Shown here piece by piece: positions 11,601 through 24,831 of a DNA stretch of 64,000 bases. The notes under the pieces are model-generated. The model was not told where the DNA came from and searched no databases. It saw only the letters and a list, made by a program, of their open reading frames with translations. The stretch is from Kudoa neothunni. Taxonomy: Eukaryota > Animalia > Cnidaria. The DNA lies in NCBI GenBank assembly GCA_964304625.1, contig OZ199840.1, positions 4,676,966 to 4,740,965 on the forward strand, in the 5' to 3' direction. The translations under genes were made by a program, and so were the position numbers. The stretch's first letter is position 1. The number at the start of each line of letters is the position of its first letter.

Positions 11601-13861
11601 TGTACCACCGGATTCCAAGCATTATAATGTGCTTAATAACATTATGAATAATTGTAAGGTAGGGTTTGTGTAGTTTTATTATTACAACATTATTTTAACT
11701 TTGATAATAGGCTATAATAAATTTTGTTAATTCGGCCAACGATGAATATAATAAATATCTGGTAATTTTCCAAGCTATAAATAACAATTTAAATTTTATA
11801 TTATTTAGCAATTAATAAATTACAAAAAGAAAGTAAACTGGAAAATTTATAAGAATTTCAAAGGTGACGAAAACACTAAAAAGTTTGTAGAATATTTTGA
11901 GGTAAAAAAATTAATATATGTACAAATAATCGGTAAATTATATATAAGAAATTGAATCTTTCTATGAGATGCTAATCTTCGAAACAACAGCTACCGTTGG
12001 TTTTGGCAACAAAAAGTTTCAAGGTAACACTCAACGATTGATTATTTTACTTTTCTCATTGCAAATAAGTTTACACTAATCTGATTGATTAATTTTTATT
12101 TAGATATCATCCTGCTTGTGCTCACCAATTTTATACTTTTTATAACTAAAGTTAGTGAGAAAAAATATAACCTTATTCCTTTGGTTATTTCAAAGGGAGT
12201 AAATTAATTCGCTATTTATATTAAAATTAAAAAAATTAATATTGTAGCAAATTGTCACACCAATCATTCCTCTTGATGGACTCGTTATAAGAAAGGTAGC
12301 GACCAACAAAAATGCACTATACATGATGAGTGCATCGGAGTTGGAGCCACTGATTATAAACCTCGAATTGTCCAATCCAAATCAAATGGAACAAACTTTC
12401 AACTCGATAGTACAACATGTTGAATCGTTATCTAAAGGTGAAGTCAAACGTAAAATAAACTCCGATCTTTTACACAAGATTATCACCGGTCAATACTATG
12501 AGTCGTCTCAAACTGATACCTCATTCGATTCCTCCCCCGCCAACCATTGCACATCGGTAGATGAATTCATTTCGAGAAATTCGATGGAAAATTCAGTCCC
12601 CAAACCAACAAATGAAATCAATCCCGAAAAACAAGTTTTAAGACGAGTGAACAAATCGTCATCAGTATATCTGCGGAAATCGGATGGCAGACCTCACGTC
12701 TATCAGAGGTCTAGCCGATTCACTATTGGTAACCAAAGATGATAAAAATGACTGGGATTTAAATTAATATGTATATTTGTTTGTAGGTGCAGCCAAAAGT
12801 AACAATCTAGACTCACCAGTTATATACTCTAAAGGAAAGTCGGTTGAAGGTGAGATTTTCTATGTGGTAGATTTAAATGGGTACATGATTGCAACCATAT
12901 TATTTAGATACAGCATGTCATGATGTGTCAAATGACTCAGACATATTCCTCAGTCAATACTCTGAGAGCAACTCTTTCCGAGCCGACATGGACCAACCCG
13001 CTGATAGTTTTGACAGTAATGAAGTCGTCACACAATCTAAACGTTCAACTGACAAATCTACCACCAACAATTTTGTTGAAAGTACACCAACCCATAATTC
13101 ATCCCAAATACAAGACGACACAAATTCTGAATGCGGTTCTAGCGATTTTAGTAGCTCTTTCACTAATCCATCTTCCACAACCAACAGGAGTCAACATCCT
13201 CCTGACGTACCAGCTAAATCCTCAGCATCAGAAAAATTGACTAGGGTTTCCACGGGTATGTGTGTTGGCTGATGTCGTTTATCAGTTGTGTATTTGAACA
13301 TAAAATTAGGTCATCAACCACGTCGAAAAGGACACATGGGCCCAATCAATAGTTGAAATTGACTTAGAATTAAATTCCACGAATGGCAATGATGTGCCCA
13401 ACCAACATGATATTAAAAGTAAATCTAACTCAACAGAGATACTTCGACCGAATGGAGAATCCTATTTTTCTATAAAAATCTATAAATTTATTGGGTTATT
13501 CTAATCAAATCAATAATGTTTAGCAACTGATTCAACCGATAATAAAATAAATGAACAAAATCATACAACAACAACAACAACAACAACAAACAACAACGTC
13601 ATTCCAACTGAAGGAATCGATGACGACACCAAACTACAAAAAACTCTAACCATCTCTTTTGGCACATCACGAGACACCAACATTAACTCTCAGTGTTCCA
13701 GTGAAATAAGCAGTAATTGAGTGTTATTTTGATGAGATAAAACTCACAACTGTATTCAATTTTAAAATTACACAGGTATCTTTGAAACTAGCAGAAGCAA
13801 TTCCACCACAACGTTGTTACACTCTATCGAATTTGAAGATGACGAAAATAATCAAAATTAA
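5659..13861 (+). CDS. RGS-homology RhoGEF (ARHGEF1/11/12, RhoGEF2 family): RH-DH-PH plus Ser/Thr-rich tail, many exons
   Basis: RH-like FLWLNCFHIKW...KKIHENFLVDDA/KFNVQIP (about 6075-6260). DH start SETEINQQEVILEFITTEKNYVQQLVILEK (8100-8258). DH continues ALFYNLESLLEIH (exon from 10967) and RLSFMDIRASVYQRIVKYPILFKSIL (about 11517-11600). PH TPIIPLDGLVIRKVATNKNALYMMS (about 12250-12330). Stop at 13859-13861. The start codon is tentative and no PDZ domain was seen. Confidence 0.85.
9471..10455 (-). mobile_element. Non-autonomous Helitron-like element in the 2.7-kb RhoGEF intron (8259-10966)
   Basis: Left end ttagcgtgaaaccccagctatgccctgg resembles a degenerate CTAG plus GC hairpin. Right end is cacacggacaccacggctttatatattag. 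Same layout as the elements at 26728 and 61358. Confidence 0.45.
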
Positions 13862-14117
13862 CATGTTTGATATTAGAACCACTTAGAACGATTTATAACA
13901 ATTCACTGTCCACCTAAACTGTTTTTAGCCATTTCAGCTATTTTTTATTTTTACGCGTTATTCACGAATATTGATAGGTTGATTTAAAAATATTTTTATA
14001 TGTTTCTGCATAAATTAAACTGTAAAATAATTTCAATATGGAAGAATGCTAATCTATAAGCTCGCTGAGTGTCGGCAAACCCGAGCATCAATTCGCCTCG
14101 TGTAAGAATCAACCGAT

Positions 14118-14602
14118 ATGGTGAGTGATGTCGATTACAATTTGTCTTTGCTTTGTCAATCTAACCTACAATATTTATATTCAATGTGTAATTAGGGAGC
14201 TAAACAAAAGGGAGGAACTAAGGCACCTGAAAAGAAAAAGGTGGTCAAGTTGGATAAAAAGCCAAGTTCTGGTGCCAAAGCCAAGAAGAAGGTTGCTTGT
14301 TTAATCGTCTAATCAGCCAGTTTTAATGTTTATTCTCGAGTAGAAGTGGGAGGTAAAGGAAAAGTAAGAGAGAAGTTGGACCATAATCTTACATGGATGC
14401 TGCCACCTATGATAAAGCTCTCAAAGAAATCCCAAAAATGACTTTGGTCACTCCTGCTGTGATTTCCGAACGATATAAGATTAGAGCATCCGCCTCTAAA
14501 ATTCTTATCCACGAACTCATCGCACAAAACCAGATCAAACCTGTTGTCCAAGACTCCACCAGATTGTTCTGTACAAGAATGACCAAAGAAGCTACTCTTT
14601 AG
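14118..14602 (+). CDS. RPS25: 40S ribosomal protein S25 (eS25); 3 exons, two apparent 1-nt deletions in exon 3
   Basis: ATG|gtgagt intron to 14195. Exon 2 GAKQKGGTKAPEKKK...AKAKKK. Exon 3 from 14344 KW-GKGKVREKL...DAATYDKALKEIPKMTLVTPAVISERYKIRAS. Confidence 0.95.
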
Positions 14603-16491
14603 TGCTCTCGTGTGGAAACTTTAATTATAATTAATTTCTTGGTAGGCTTGTGTCTAGATGTGTTTGAATGTGTTTTTTTTTCTCTTATTTAACTCGCTTT
14701 GTATTAATTCCTGTATATCTGTGTATATCTACCTATGTGTGTATGTATTTGATGTGATGAACACTTTGTTGCTCGTGATTTTCACCATGATTGTCGACTA
14801 CACTTGAACTGACAAATACTCACACATACACAGATACTTGTGTTAATTATTAAGCTGTGCAAATGAATTTTTGTTTGCATACCGTCGTCATTTTTAATTC
14901 CATTAACCCCAACTTATTAATCTTTCTTAAGGTCAGGTCGGTTATTTTGGGCGCACACACATAGGAGGAATGGATGGCGTCAATTTCCACAACAACGAGG
15001 CATGCGGGGAAGATTTTAAGATTAGTTTTATTTCCATTAATTTTGATGTTATAAAACGAATAACCAAATTTTAATCAATCATCTTTTTACATTCTATCTT
15101 ACCACAACAATAGTATTTACGACTAATTCTAATGATTGAAAACAAATGTTACAACATAGAAAGGATTTAATATTATATGAGATTTTAAATAAATTATTGA
15201 TTATAAATATTTTTAAACCTTATTATGGATATTTGCTTGTGGTATGGGACATTTTGGAGAACGAGTTTAATAGTGAGCACACTTTTTATGTTTTTTTCTC
15301 CTTTTTGCAGAAAATTTTGTTTAAAAATTCGTAACACTAATGATCTTGTAGTATCATAGACATCAATGTCCAACTTTTTTGCTCATTTAAAGTTTAACTA
15401 TGCCGTGGTCATCAAAAGTATGGAAGCAATTTTTTGCGATTGTTCATGCTTTATTTTGCACCAAATACCGCGTAACTACCTACTAAGACTGGTAAACTAT
15501 CTCAGGTAAGTATAGAAACATGTGTAATCCTTATATGGGCTATAAACAGCAATTACCCGACTCAAAACATAATTTTTCATTTAAATATGACAAATTAGTA
15601 ATGAACAACGATGTATCAACTGACCCGAACGCATACATTGAAGAAAATAGTGAATCGAACTGTAATGATTTCTGTCAAATTCATAATAGAATTAAAAAGT
15701 GTGAAATAATAACTACGAAAAAAACAAAGAGCTTACAGACAGATTATTACATACTTTAAATTAACTTGGTAGAAGTGACTATAGCAAAGTATTTAATGAG
15801 TTTAACTCATCTCCACAACAATATTAGAGTACTTATACCTACTACTATGAAAATTCTACCCTTACCAACCAATATAAATTTAATTTTATTATAAATGAAG
15901 TAAAAACTATAGGGTAGACCAGACCCATGGAGTTGAATAATTATTTTGAATTTGATAAATAACATCTTCATAGCTCTGTCGTGAGTAAAAAAAATTATTA
16001 TCATTTTGTTGGAAAAATTGTTGTGAGTTATTCGCTTTATAACGCACAAAATTAATGGAAATAAAATTAATCTTATAAGCTGGTTTAGATTTAATTTTTT
16101 AGAATCTGCTATGTTTAATTATTTACAGTGCCAATAGCCACTTCCCTAATAAAACTGGCCAATTTTAATAATTAATTAAATACTACGTTACTTATCGTAT
16201 ATTGAGTTACGTATAAATCTATATAGATAATTTTCGTTTACAAATATTTTATGGTGGCTAATTAATTTAAATATATATTTTCATAATTATGGAAACCAAC
16301 TTTATTTCAATATATGAGCAGAAAAAACAGTTGGGGTTATCGGGTATAATCGGGTGGTATCGATTCTGTAGTACTCTTAGATTTTATCCTTATTCATTCG
16401 ATAGAATTATTTTTTACTTAAAAATGTGAACCATTATTATTATATAAACTAAACCAAACAATAAAAAAGGGATCCAATGGACATCCAAAAC

Positions 16492-16541
16492 GACGTGACG
16501 TGACGTGGTGTGATGTGGTGTGGTGTGGTGTGGTGTGGTGG
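16492..16541. repeat. Pentamer microsatellite (GACGT)/(TGTGG)n
   Basis: gacgtgacgtgacgtggtgtgatgtggtgtggtgtggtgtggtgtggtgg seen directly. Confidence 0.85.
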
Positions 16542-17042
16542 TATAAGGTGATTTGGGCGGGCTTGGAGGGTTAAAATACTTAAGATGCTAAGCGCTATGA
16601 GTATTTAATGAATTTTATATGCCTATGTGCGCAAATAAAATGTGGGAGTATAGTTAATAATAATAATAAATAAAAATTAGATTTTATTATACCAAGATAA
16701 AATATTAAAATAAATTCACCAATTATTAGCTTTGAATATTTTCAAGTTTTCGCAAGAGGCGAGTGCTTTCTAAAATGTTTCATTAAATTTAGATAGTAAT
16801 TTTGTCATTAATATCCTGTGAATTTTAAACAATGTAAAGAGTAAATAATATTTTTTTCCAATTTAATAGTAATATTTTTAATTTGTAGTCTCATTCGCGA
16901 ATAAAATTTCTTCGAAAGTAAACAAGTTTCAAATAAAAACAATAAAAATTATACTATAAAATATGGTCTCACAGATATAACTTTTTAAACGACTTAAGAA
17001 TATGCACGATTCAGTGACATGGACCACGTGATCTATTTTCAA

Positions 17043-18495
17043 ATGTTGGGGAGGTGTTGTTTTATTCGTTTTATCAGCTCAAGAAAAGCATTCAAATTGA
17101 AAGTTATTGCCGAAGAAAAATCCATGAAGCTAGAAGAACCACTTCCACCAAGCAAAGAGTGTTTATCCATGTGGAAGGATGGATTACCACTTTCTAATAG
17201 TGGATCAATCCATGGCGACTATAGGAATCCAAAATTAGTCTCTCTTATGTGTTCCATATTTGATCTTGTGTATAAAGATGTTGGTATACGATTACCCAAA
17301 TTTAAGGCAACAATTCCGCAATATCGTTTATATAAAATGGATGAGATTGATTCAAAAGTGAATTTTTGCTTTTGTATTTCCACTATTTGTGGATTTAGTT
17401 AAACGCGGATATAACCAACGAATTAAATAAAATGAAATATGCCATTAATGTGCATGAATTACGTCGCAAATCCATTTCTAAAACTATACACATCGAACCA
17501 ACTATTGTAAATCATTGTGAAGATAACTATGTGTTCGTGGATATTAGTCCGAGTAAAACCAAGCAAGTATTATCATCACAATCACGTCGGATGGTGGTAA
17601 TATTGTCCAATAGAATCGAGCGGTGTTGATAAGGAAACCGAATGGAGAGTTAGATGTGGCGGATTGGGATGTGCGAGAGAGAATGGATGTAGTGTTCTAC
17701 GGTAGAGATGAACAAAAATATCCTTATCCTTCGTTCACCAACTCACAGATTATTGTAATTATGGGTGTAGATTTTGACTTTATAAAGTTCAACATTAGAG
17801 ACAACTCTCTCCAACCGAGTTGCTTTCTGTGATGTCTTACATCACCTATTATATGCCTCCAGATTCGCCTCTTTATCACAATGTATAATTTTTCTATATT
17901 AAACTATTTTTTAATATTTCTAATTGTGAATCAATTTTTTTATCGATTTTCAAATATTTCATTGATATACATTAGGCGGTAGGAGAGTGTTTTGAGACAA
18001 TTTGTAGAAAAAAAGGATTTCACGTGGTTGCCTCCACTCATTTTTTGATCCCTTTCATCTACCACTGTCTTGTGTTTTCGAACAGTCGTTTGTTGTACTT
18101 GGCGAATGCGATTTCGCAACGATCACAGTAGATTTTGCGACTGTTGCTTGTTTGGATAGAGTAATGTATTTTTGTGTAGAGAGGCATTGGTTGAACTTGC
18201 CAAAGCCTTTGCCTTTGTGAACAAAAGATCGAATACCCACCATTTTCACCAAAAAAATCCCAGTAACAACTCAAAGCTTGTACAAGTATTGTTATTTTCT
18301 GGCATTTTACAATTTTTCTAGCTTTGACGCAAGTATACAAAATTTACAAATATATTTTAGGTATTTTTGGATGAAGTTAATCTTATCTTTAACAATTCTG
18401 ATGAAAAACAATCCACAGCAGAACAAGTCGATAGTATTATTGACGAAACTAAGGAAGATACAGAAGGGATTGAAAGCTTTGATGATTCCATTTAA
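17043..18495 (+). CDS. MRPS22: Mitochondrial ribosomal protein S22 (mS22), multi-exon
   Basis: IPQYRLYKMDEI, NYVFVDISPSKTKQ/NRAVLIRKPNGELDVADWDVRERM and MPPDSPLYHN match the mS22 pattern PTYKLMT...YVFTDIS...[23 protein letters not shown]...FEPDS. The basic N-terminus resembles a mitochondrial presequence. Confidence 0.85.
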
Positions 18496-18670
18496 TTGAA
18501 CTTTTATTTATATTCAAATATATATATATATATAATTGTTTTTTTCTAAATGACCATTATTATTTTTCCCTTTCTACTACTCACGTCTACTACTCATGTC
18601 TACTACTCACGTAGGGCGGAAATAGTGTAGTTAAATTTGTGAACCTAGCTGAGGATAGATATATTTTAGT

Positions 18671-19923
18671 TTAACAATCATACTGAGTCGACAATTTTCA
18701 TTTCTAAACGAGTTTGAGGTCGTTTTTGACCCCAGGATAAAATTAGTAGTTACACGAATAAAATACTTAATAAAATCAGGAAAAAATATAAATATTTTTA
18801 ATATATAATTATCTAATTATAATTTTGCATGAAATTTTCATGTAATGTTGATATATGCCGATTAACTATAGGTTTCATACAATTTTAGTAACAAGTTGAA
18901 CGTCTGCTATTATGCTTTCTTGGGCAGTTATATTTCTACGCGGGTCGGATTTTTATAAAGAAGATAAATTTTATCACAGTTCTGAAAACAATTGTTTTAA
19001 AATAATCTTATATTAAAATAAACTAAACTGCGGTTTAACTAAAATTTAAAAGAAAATATTTTTTTTGAGTACTGCACAGATATGGTGGCAAGTAAGACAA
19101 ACAGCATAGGGTTAGTATATATAAATAAATACATTTCAACGCAATCATTATTAAAAACAAGGAATCCGTCATCAATTTTTCGCTTTCCAGAACACGGTAT
19201 GGTTATAATTAAACGTGTTGTGAATGAATTACATGTTTATTCGGTTTAGCAATTATTTTTACAAGCATAGTTGTAAGCGATAAAATATATATTGCATTTG
19301 TTTTTTCACACAAAAATTAAAAGTTTAATGGCTTTTTTTAGGGTCATTTTGTATAGATTATTTAATTAGGTAGTTCGTGGTGATATAATTTTTCTGCTTG
19401 AAGTTGAAGAAGGGCCAATCTGTTTATTATAGGCGCAATTCCAATATATACACAACAGAGTTTCTTTCAATAATTTTTGTGATTTTTTATCTCACATAGC
19501 TTGTGTGACACCGCATATTTCCGTTAATAAATCATTCCTTCAAACAGTCTAAATGTTGTTGGCTAAATTTAATAATTAATCGGCTTTCTAATTGTAGATA
19601 TAACGTAAATGGATATTGAACTAGAATGTAAAAAAATTTGGCAGTTTCATATTAACGGATGAGTTCACGTTAATCTGACTTTTAAAATATCTTAGAGATG
19701 GACTAGAACCATAATCTATCAAAAATAGATAGACTCTATAGTAGACTTGCTATTGTACCCTGATGACCGAGTGAAACATCATGAGACAAGCTCTTGCTCC
19801 TACCTGTTCTAGATTCCTCTAGGAAACCTTGAAAGAGTCTGAAATGTTAAATAGATTCTAATTTAAAAAATAATTATTTACCTTGGGGTCAAAAATGATC
19901 CCAAACTCAGTGTGAATGTTTAT
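18671..19923. mobile_element. Non-autonomous TIR element, piggyBac-like
   Basis: gagtttgaggtcgtttttgaccccagg (about 18710-18736) is the inverted match of ccttggggtcaaaaatgatcccaaactc (about 19881-19908). Outer ends ttaacaatcatactgag and ctcagtgtgaatgttta also match. The GGGGTC-N-GACCCC palindrome is common in piggyBac subtermini. Confidence 0.6.
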
Positions 19924-20695
19924 ATATTTTGTTAATCGTTATTTCAACATCATCTTATATTGGAAATTTTTATTATCTATTGATATATTATATTACTTAC
20001 TTCTCTTATGATATTGTGTTCGTATAAATATTTTTGTAACGTCTTAACTTTCAGGCAACGCTGGAGTGTTTACAATCCAACTAATTACCAACTGGTCTAT
20101 AAAATGTTAACAAACTTTATATGAACTAAATAACTGTTATCTCTAAAAAATATACACAGTTGTATAAATAGGTACTTTATTTATTGAAAAAATGGGTTTC
20201 TAAGGGAGTGTGTGCTTTGCAGGAAGAAATATACGATAAAACATATCCCAAACAAAAATTCAAGACATGAAAGGTGATGGAAAATAACTTGAAGATTTCA
20301 GAGACTCAATTCTAATTATTACATTTGTCATATGGTTAACAGGATAATTTTCTGGAATAAAAGAATTTTATTTGGACTATAAATTTGTCACGATGCATAA
20401 TAATATTAGAAATATTCAATGTAGCTTTTTTTTATTGGAAGAAATACTCATATGATTAAAAATAACATACTTTTTTGAAATGATGACGATTTAATGATTA
20501 ATATTTAGATAAAATATAAAAGATTGATGTTGCATATTAATTTACACTGGAAATGTGTAATGATTGAATTGGGCTGAACCACAAAGATTAAGTCAACACC
20601 TAATCGTTAGAGATTTTAGAATACATCTGTTAAACGAATTCAACCAACATAATCTATTCTGCAAAATAGCATTATAATTTTTATATTTTACGTTG

Positions 20696-21775
20696 ATGGA
20701 TCTCTACTGCAATTCCGATGAGTATACCTTGTATGTGGAAGATGAGAGGAAACCTGTTTACAATGGACAAGGATCTGAACCTGAAATGAAAAGAGTTTCA
20801 AAAGATAGTAGAAATTATGTAACCATAGGTGAGGTCACTGTTTTATCGGAAAATACCAACTACGTAGATTTGAAACCACATATAACAGGGGATGATGCCA
20901 ATCCACAATCACGTAATTCTTTGTTACTATGACTGGATTTATAAAGTTAAGTTAATTTATAGATAAAAAAAATAAAAATGATTCAAAACAAAAATCGAAG
21001 AAAGGATTATGGGCTAAGATAGTGAGGAAATTAAAATTTAAAAGAGAGAAAGACAAAGAACAAACTAATGTCGTTCAAATGAGAAAGCACAAATTCAAAT
21101 CCATGATCTCTATACAAAATCAAGATGATATTAGAGAATTTAAAAACACTTTATTCGAAAAATGTTTGGACAAACAGTTATCCAGTCCGCCTAATGAAGG
21201 AATATACATAGAAGTAGAACAATTGAATTCACATAATGAACCGCCGGTTCGATACTCCAATGGTAGCAATTATGAAGAAGTTTGTCCTCCAGAAATAGAA
21301 AATGCTCTGCGACCAGAAAAAACTTATGACAATGTATGGTTGTTTGTTATTAATAAAAGTTTAGTTTTGTAAAGGATAATATCGATAATCAGATGGAAAT
21401 AAAACCTGTTCCACCGATAAAAAATTGTTCAAAGGAAAGAATAAGAGTAAAGTCACAATCTCTATATATTAGTACGTTTTTTTAATTATAACATATTATA
21501 ATTGTCATGTAATATAGAACAAGGTAACTGTAACATCAAACCTCTCATAAGTAGAGATCAAATCATGAAAAGAAAGTCAACGCTTAGAAAAACCAATTTA
21601 AACAGTGTGTATATTGTCTTTTATCATTATTAAATTAATCACCTAGAAAAATAATTATTTTCCCTCAACAAATGAATATCAGTGAATACTCGTTTGAAAA
21701 TATCCTCGAATTAATACTTGAACCATCGTTGATTAGCTCTTGTGTAAAGTTCAATCATATGTGGATATTACTTTA
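20696..21775 (+). CDS. Hypothetical disordered protein rich in Tyr-based motifs (about 5 exons)
   Basis: ORF pieces 20693-20932 and 21022-21372 join in frame through GT-AG introns and continue through exons at about 21375-21471 and 21518-21604. The frame of the last exon is ambiguous. Confidence 0.7.
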
Positions 21776-24700
21776 AAAAATTGAAAAATAAATTTCTAAT
21801 ATTATTAAATTTTTTATTATACATCTTAAAAATTATTTTTTTAGGGTTATATCATTTATAAAATTTAAGCAGAGTAGGCGTGTGTTTGATGTAATTTTTT
21901 AGTTTAAATAGTAAATATTTGTCACGAAAAAGCTTAAGGTTTTATTATTTTTTACCTTAATACGACACTCCCTTAAAAAATAAGTATTTGTTGGTAGCAG
22001 AATTTGAAACTAAATTAAAATTTTCAATGTTTTTCAACTATTGATATCTAATTCTGAATAATATTAAAATATCCATACATTGATAATATATTTTCCAATG
22101 AAAATCTTTGGAGATTATCATTAAGTTTAGCTAATTAGTATTAAAAATAATGTTCTTGATGCTTAATATTTTAATTATTTTACCTTCTTACCTCAGAAAT
22201 ATGAGTTTTTTTAATATTTACACAAACAGACGAAATATTTGATAAATATTAAAAGTGGAATGTAACTCGATAATATTACTGAATACAACAGAAGCATATT
22301 TTTAATTGACTGAACCTCTTTTAAAGAAACTATTCATATCTGGTGCCGATTTTTTTTGAAAATCTGATGTGCAGTTACTTTATCTCTCTTCTATAAAATT
22401 TAATATCATGGAAAAAGTATTAGATTTTAGTTTTTCTTAGAATAAACCTAACTGTAACAGGTTTTTTTAGCGACAAAATTTGTTAATTTATATACAGTAA
22501 AAAATTTTCAGTGAGTGATTCGTTCCAAGACTCGTCGCGAATAATTAAAACAACTTTAAAAATCAGTCCGATGATTGAATTAACATTCATATATTTATTT
22601 AAAAATGATATATTACTACAATAAATTGTAAAAATAAAAGTTAACACAGATTTTAATGGTTAGTATCAATCGTAGGCGTAACTAAAGTTTAATGAAGATG
22701 TGCGAGGGGTTTGGCCTAACCAATTAAAGTTTGAAACAAACACATTAAATTAAAATTTAAATAATTAGTCTAAAAACTAATCGTTGCGTAAGTTTCAATG
22801 TCGACATTTCTATTTAGAAATCCCGTAGGATCATTTCAAATTAAAAAATTTCGATATTAAGATAAATTATTCACGTTATCAAGTTTTTAAACATGACGAA
22901 AGTTGTTAACTTGATTCAAAAATTTTAAGAATCCATTTGTTTATTCTCAAATCAATATTATTTTAACCTTACTCCAGAACGTTCATTGCACGAATTAGAA
23001 TAGTCTCCTCTAATCATTTACCCCAAAAGTTGATATTAAGATTTGGTAAAAAACGTGAGATTGATGTATCCAAGAATTTTAAATTCCAATTTAACTACAT
23101 TATTTGCACAAATAAAAGCTTTCATTACAAATTTGTCAAACTCTAATAGAAATATATGCAAAAAATTAATTCGCGATGTTAACTGCAAAGATTTCGTGTG
23201 TTAAAATTCTGATATATGAGTGATGAAACTATTTATTCACGTAATTATCCATGTATTATCTTTACATCCTTAAACTGTGTATTTAAAATATATTATTCTT
23301 CAAAAATTAATCCCAGGATAAAAAAATCACGCAATTTTTGGTATTTTGTAAACAACGTGGCCTATCCAGATGAGTTAGTTTGACATAACGAATTTAATTT
23401 TATCTCAAATTAACGAATTACCTCTATGAACTTAGAAAATAAATCCAAAAACTTCATTATCACGTGGTACTTTAAAATTGAATTGATTTTCAATCACAAA
23501 AAATATAAAAAACTGCCGAAACGTTTGAGACCTAACTTTACATTACATTAAATTTCAATTAAATTAAATTAAATTAAATTAAATTCCTATGAAATACAGA
23601 AATCCATAAATATTTTTAAAATTTTCCCGATTTTCCTATTATTTTAAATCAACTACCTATATTCTCTTGATAAAATTTTAAATATTAAAAAAAAAGTTCA
23701 TATGTGTGAAGAGTGTGTATTTATTTAGTTTAGGAATTTTTTTTTTACGAAATTATTTCCATCATGAAAAAGATATTTTAAATTTCTCTCAGATTTGCAT
23801 TAAGATTATTTTAAATATTAATTTTTATTTATAATTCTCAATGTTGGTTTCAAAAAAAATCATTCAAATATAAAAGTTAATTAGAAATAAGTAAATCCAC
23901 ATTAAATTTAAAATACACAAAAAAAGTGTTCACGTCATTTTTAATACAACCAACATATGGAATGTAGTATTACCGCTTTATCTTTTTCTATTAGCCTCAA
24001 ATATATTGTAGAATATTAATTAATCAATCAAACAAAAATATTGTTTTTGTTCCAACCGCGCGGAAGTTGTTCGAGGAAATCTGACACATCCAATGTGTGA
24101 CTGACTAAGATTAATGACCATATAAATCCAATTAAAATTCGAAAGAGACTATTCGTATCAAAAATTTAATAATTTACCATGCAAATAGACTCTAGCTTAA
24201 AATTGGCGTCATTTTGGAGAATTCCGTTACTCCGTATTCGACTGGTCTACTATCCTACACAACTAAAAATTACTCCGCCTTATAAAACCTGATTATCACA
24301 AAATGTTACAGCGATTAAGAGATCAACTAATATTAGTGGTTTTCCGTATTGCTTTATTTTGACAGCAAAACTTTGTAAATTATCAATACATACAGAAATT
24401 AGTATGTTATTTTATATCAATTAAATTTAATTCATTTTTTGCATTTATTATTTATTCATCTTAATAAAAAAAACTGAATATTAAGTGAGAAAAGTAAGGG
24501 GTTTTATAGAAGATTAATACCACGCATGCCTAATAGAATAGAATAGAATTCTAGGTAAAACTTCCACTGAAAAACCACCACAGCAGGTGTCATTTTTAAC
24601 TTTGAGGGTAATAAACTCTCCAACACGACCATTTATCGTTATAGCGACCCAACAGTTAACATAACGAAAAATAATTCACCCACTAAAATAATATTAAACT

Positions 24701-24831
24701 TCATGCTAACTGTCTTTATAAACTTAAAAAAATTAATAATTAGAAAACCTAAATTAAAGTTTACCCACAAATTTTAAAAAGAAAATTCATATAGAAAAGT
24801 AAAAGCACGCGCACGCAGGTGACCAAATAGG

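Noticed and set aside
5940-14395. Non-standard genetic code or stop-codon readthrough
   Set aside because: In-frame stops are explained by short GT-AG introns or homopolymer indels. TAA, TAG and TGA all end genes normally here.
22490-23580. Possible decayed DNA transposon on the minus strand
   Set aside because: Only weak hAT-like hints, with no matching TIR pair or catalytic motif.
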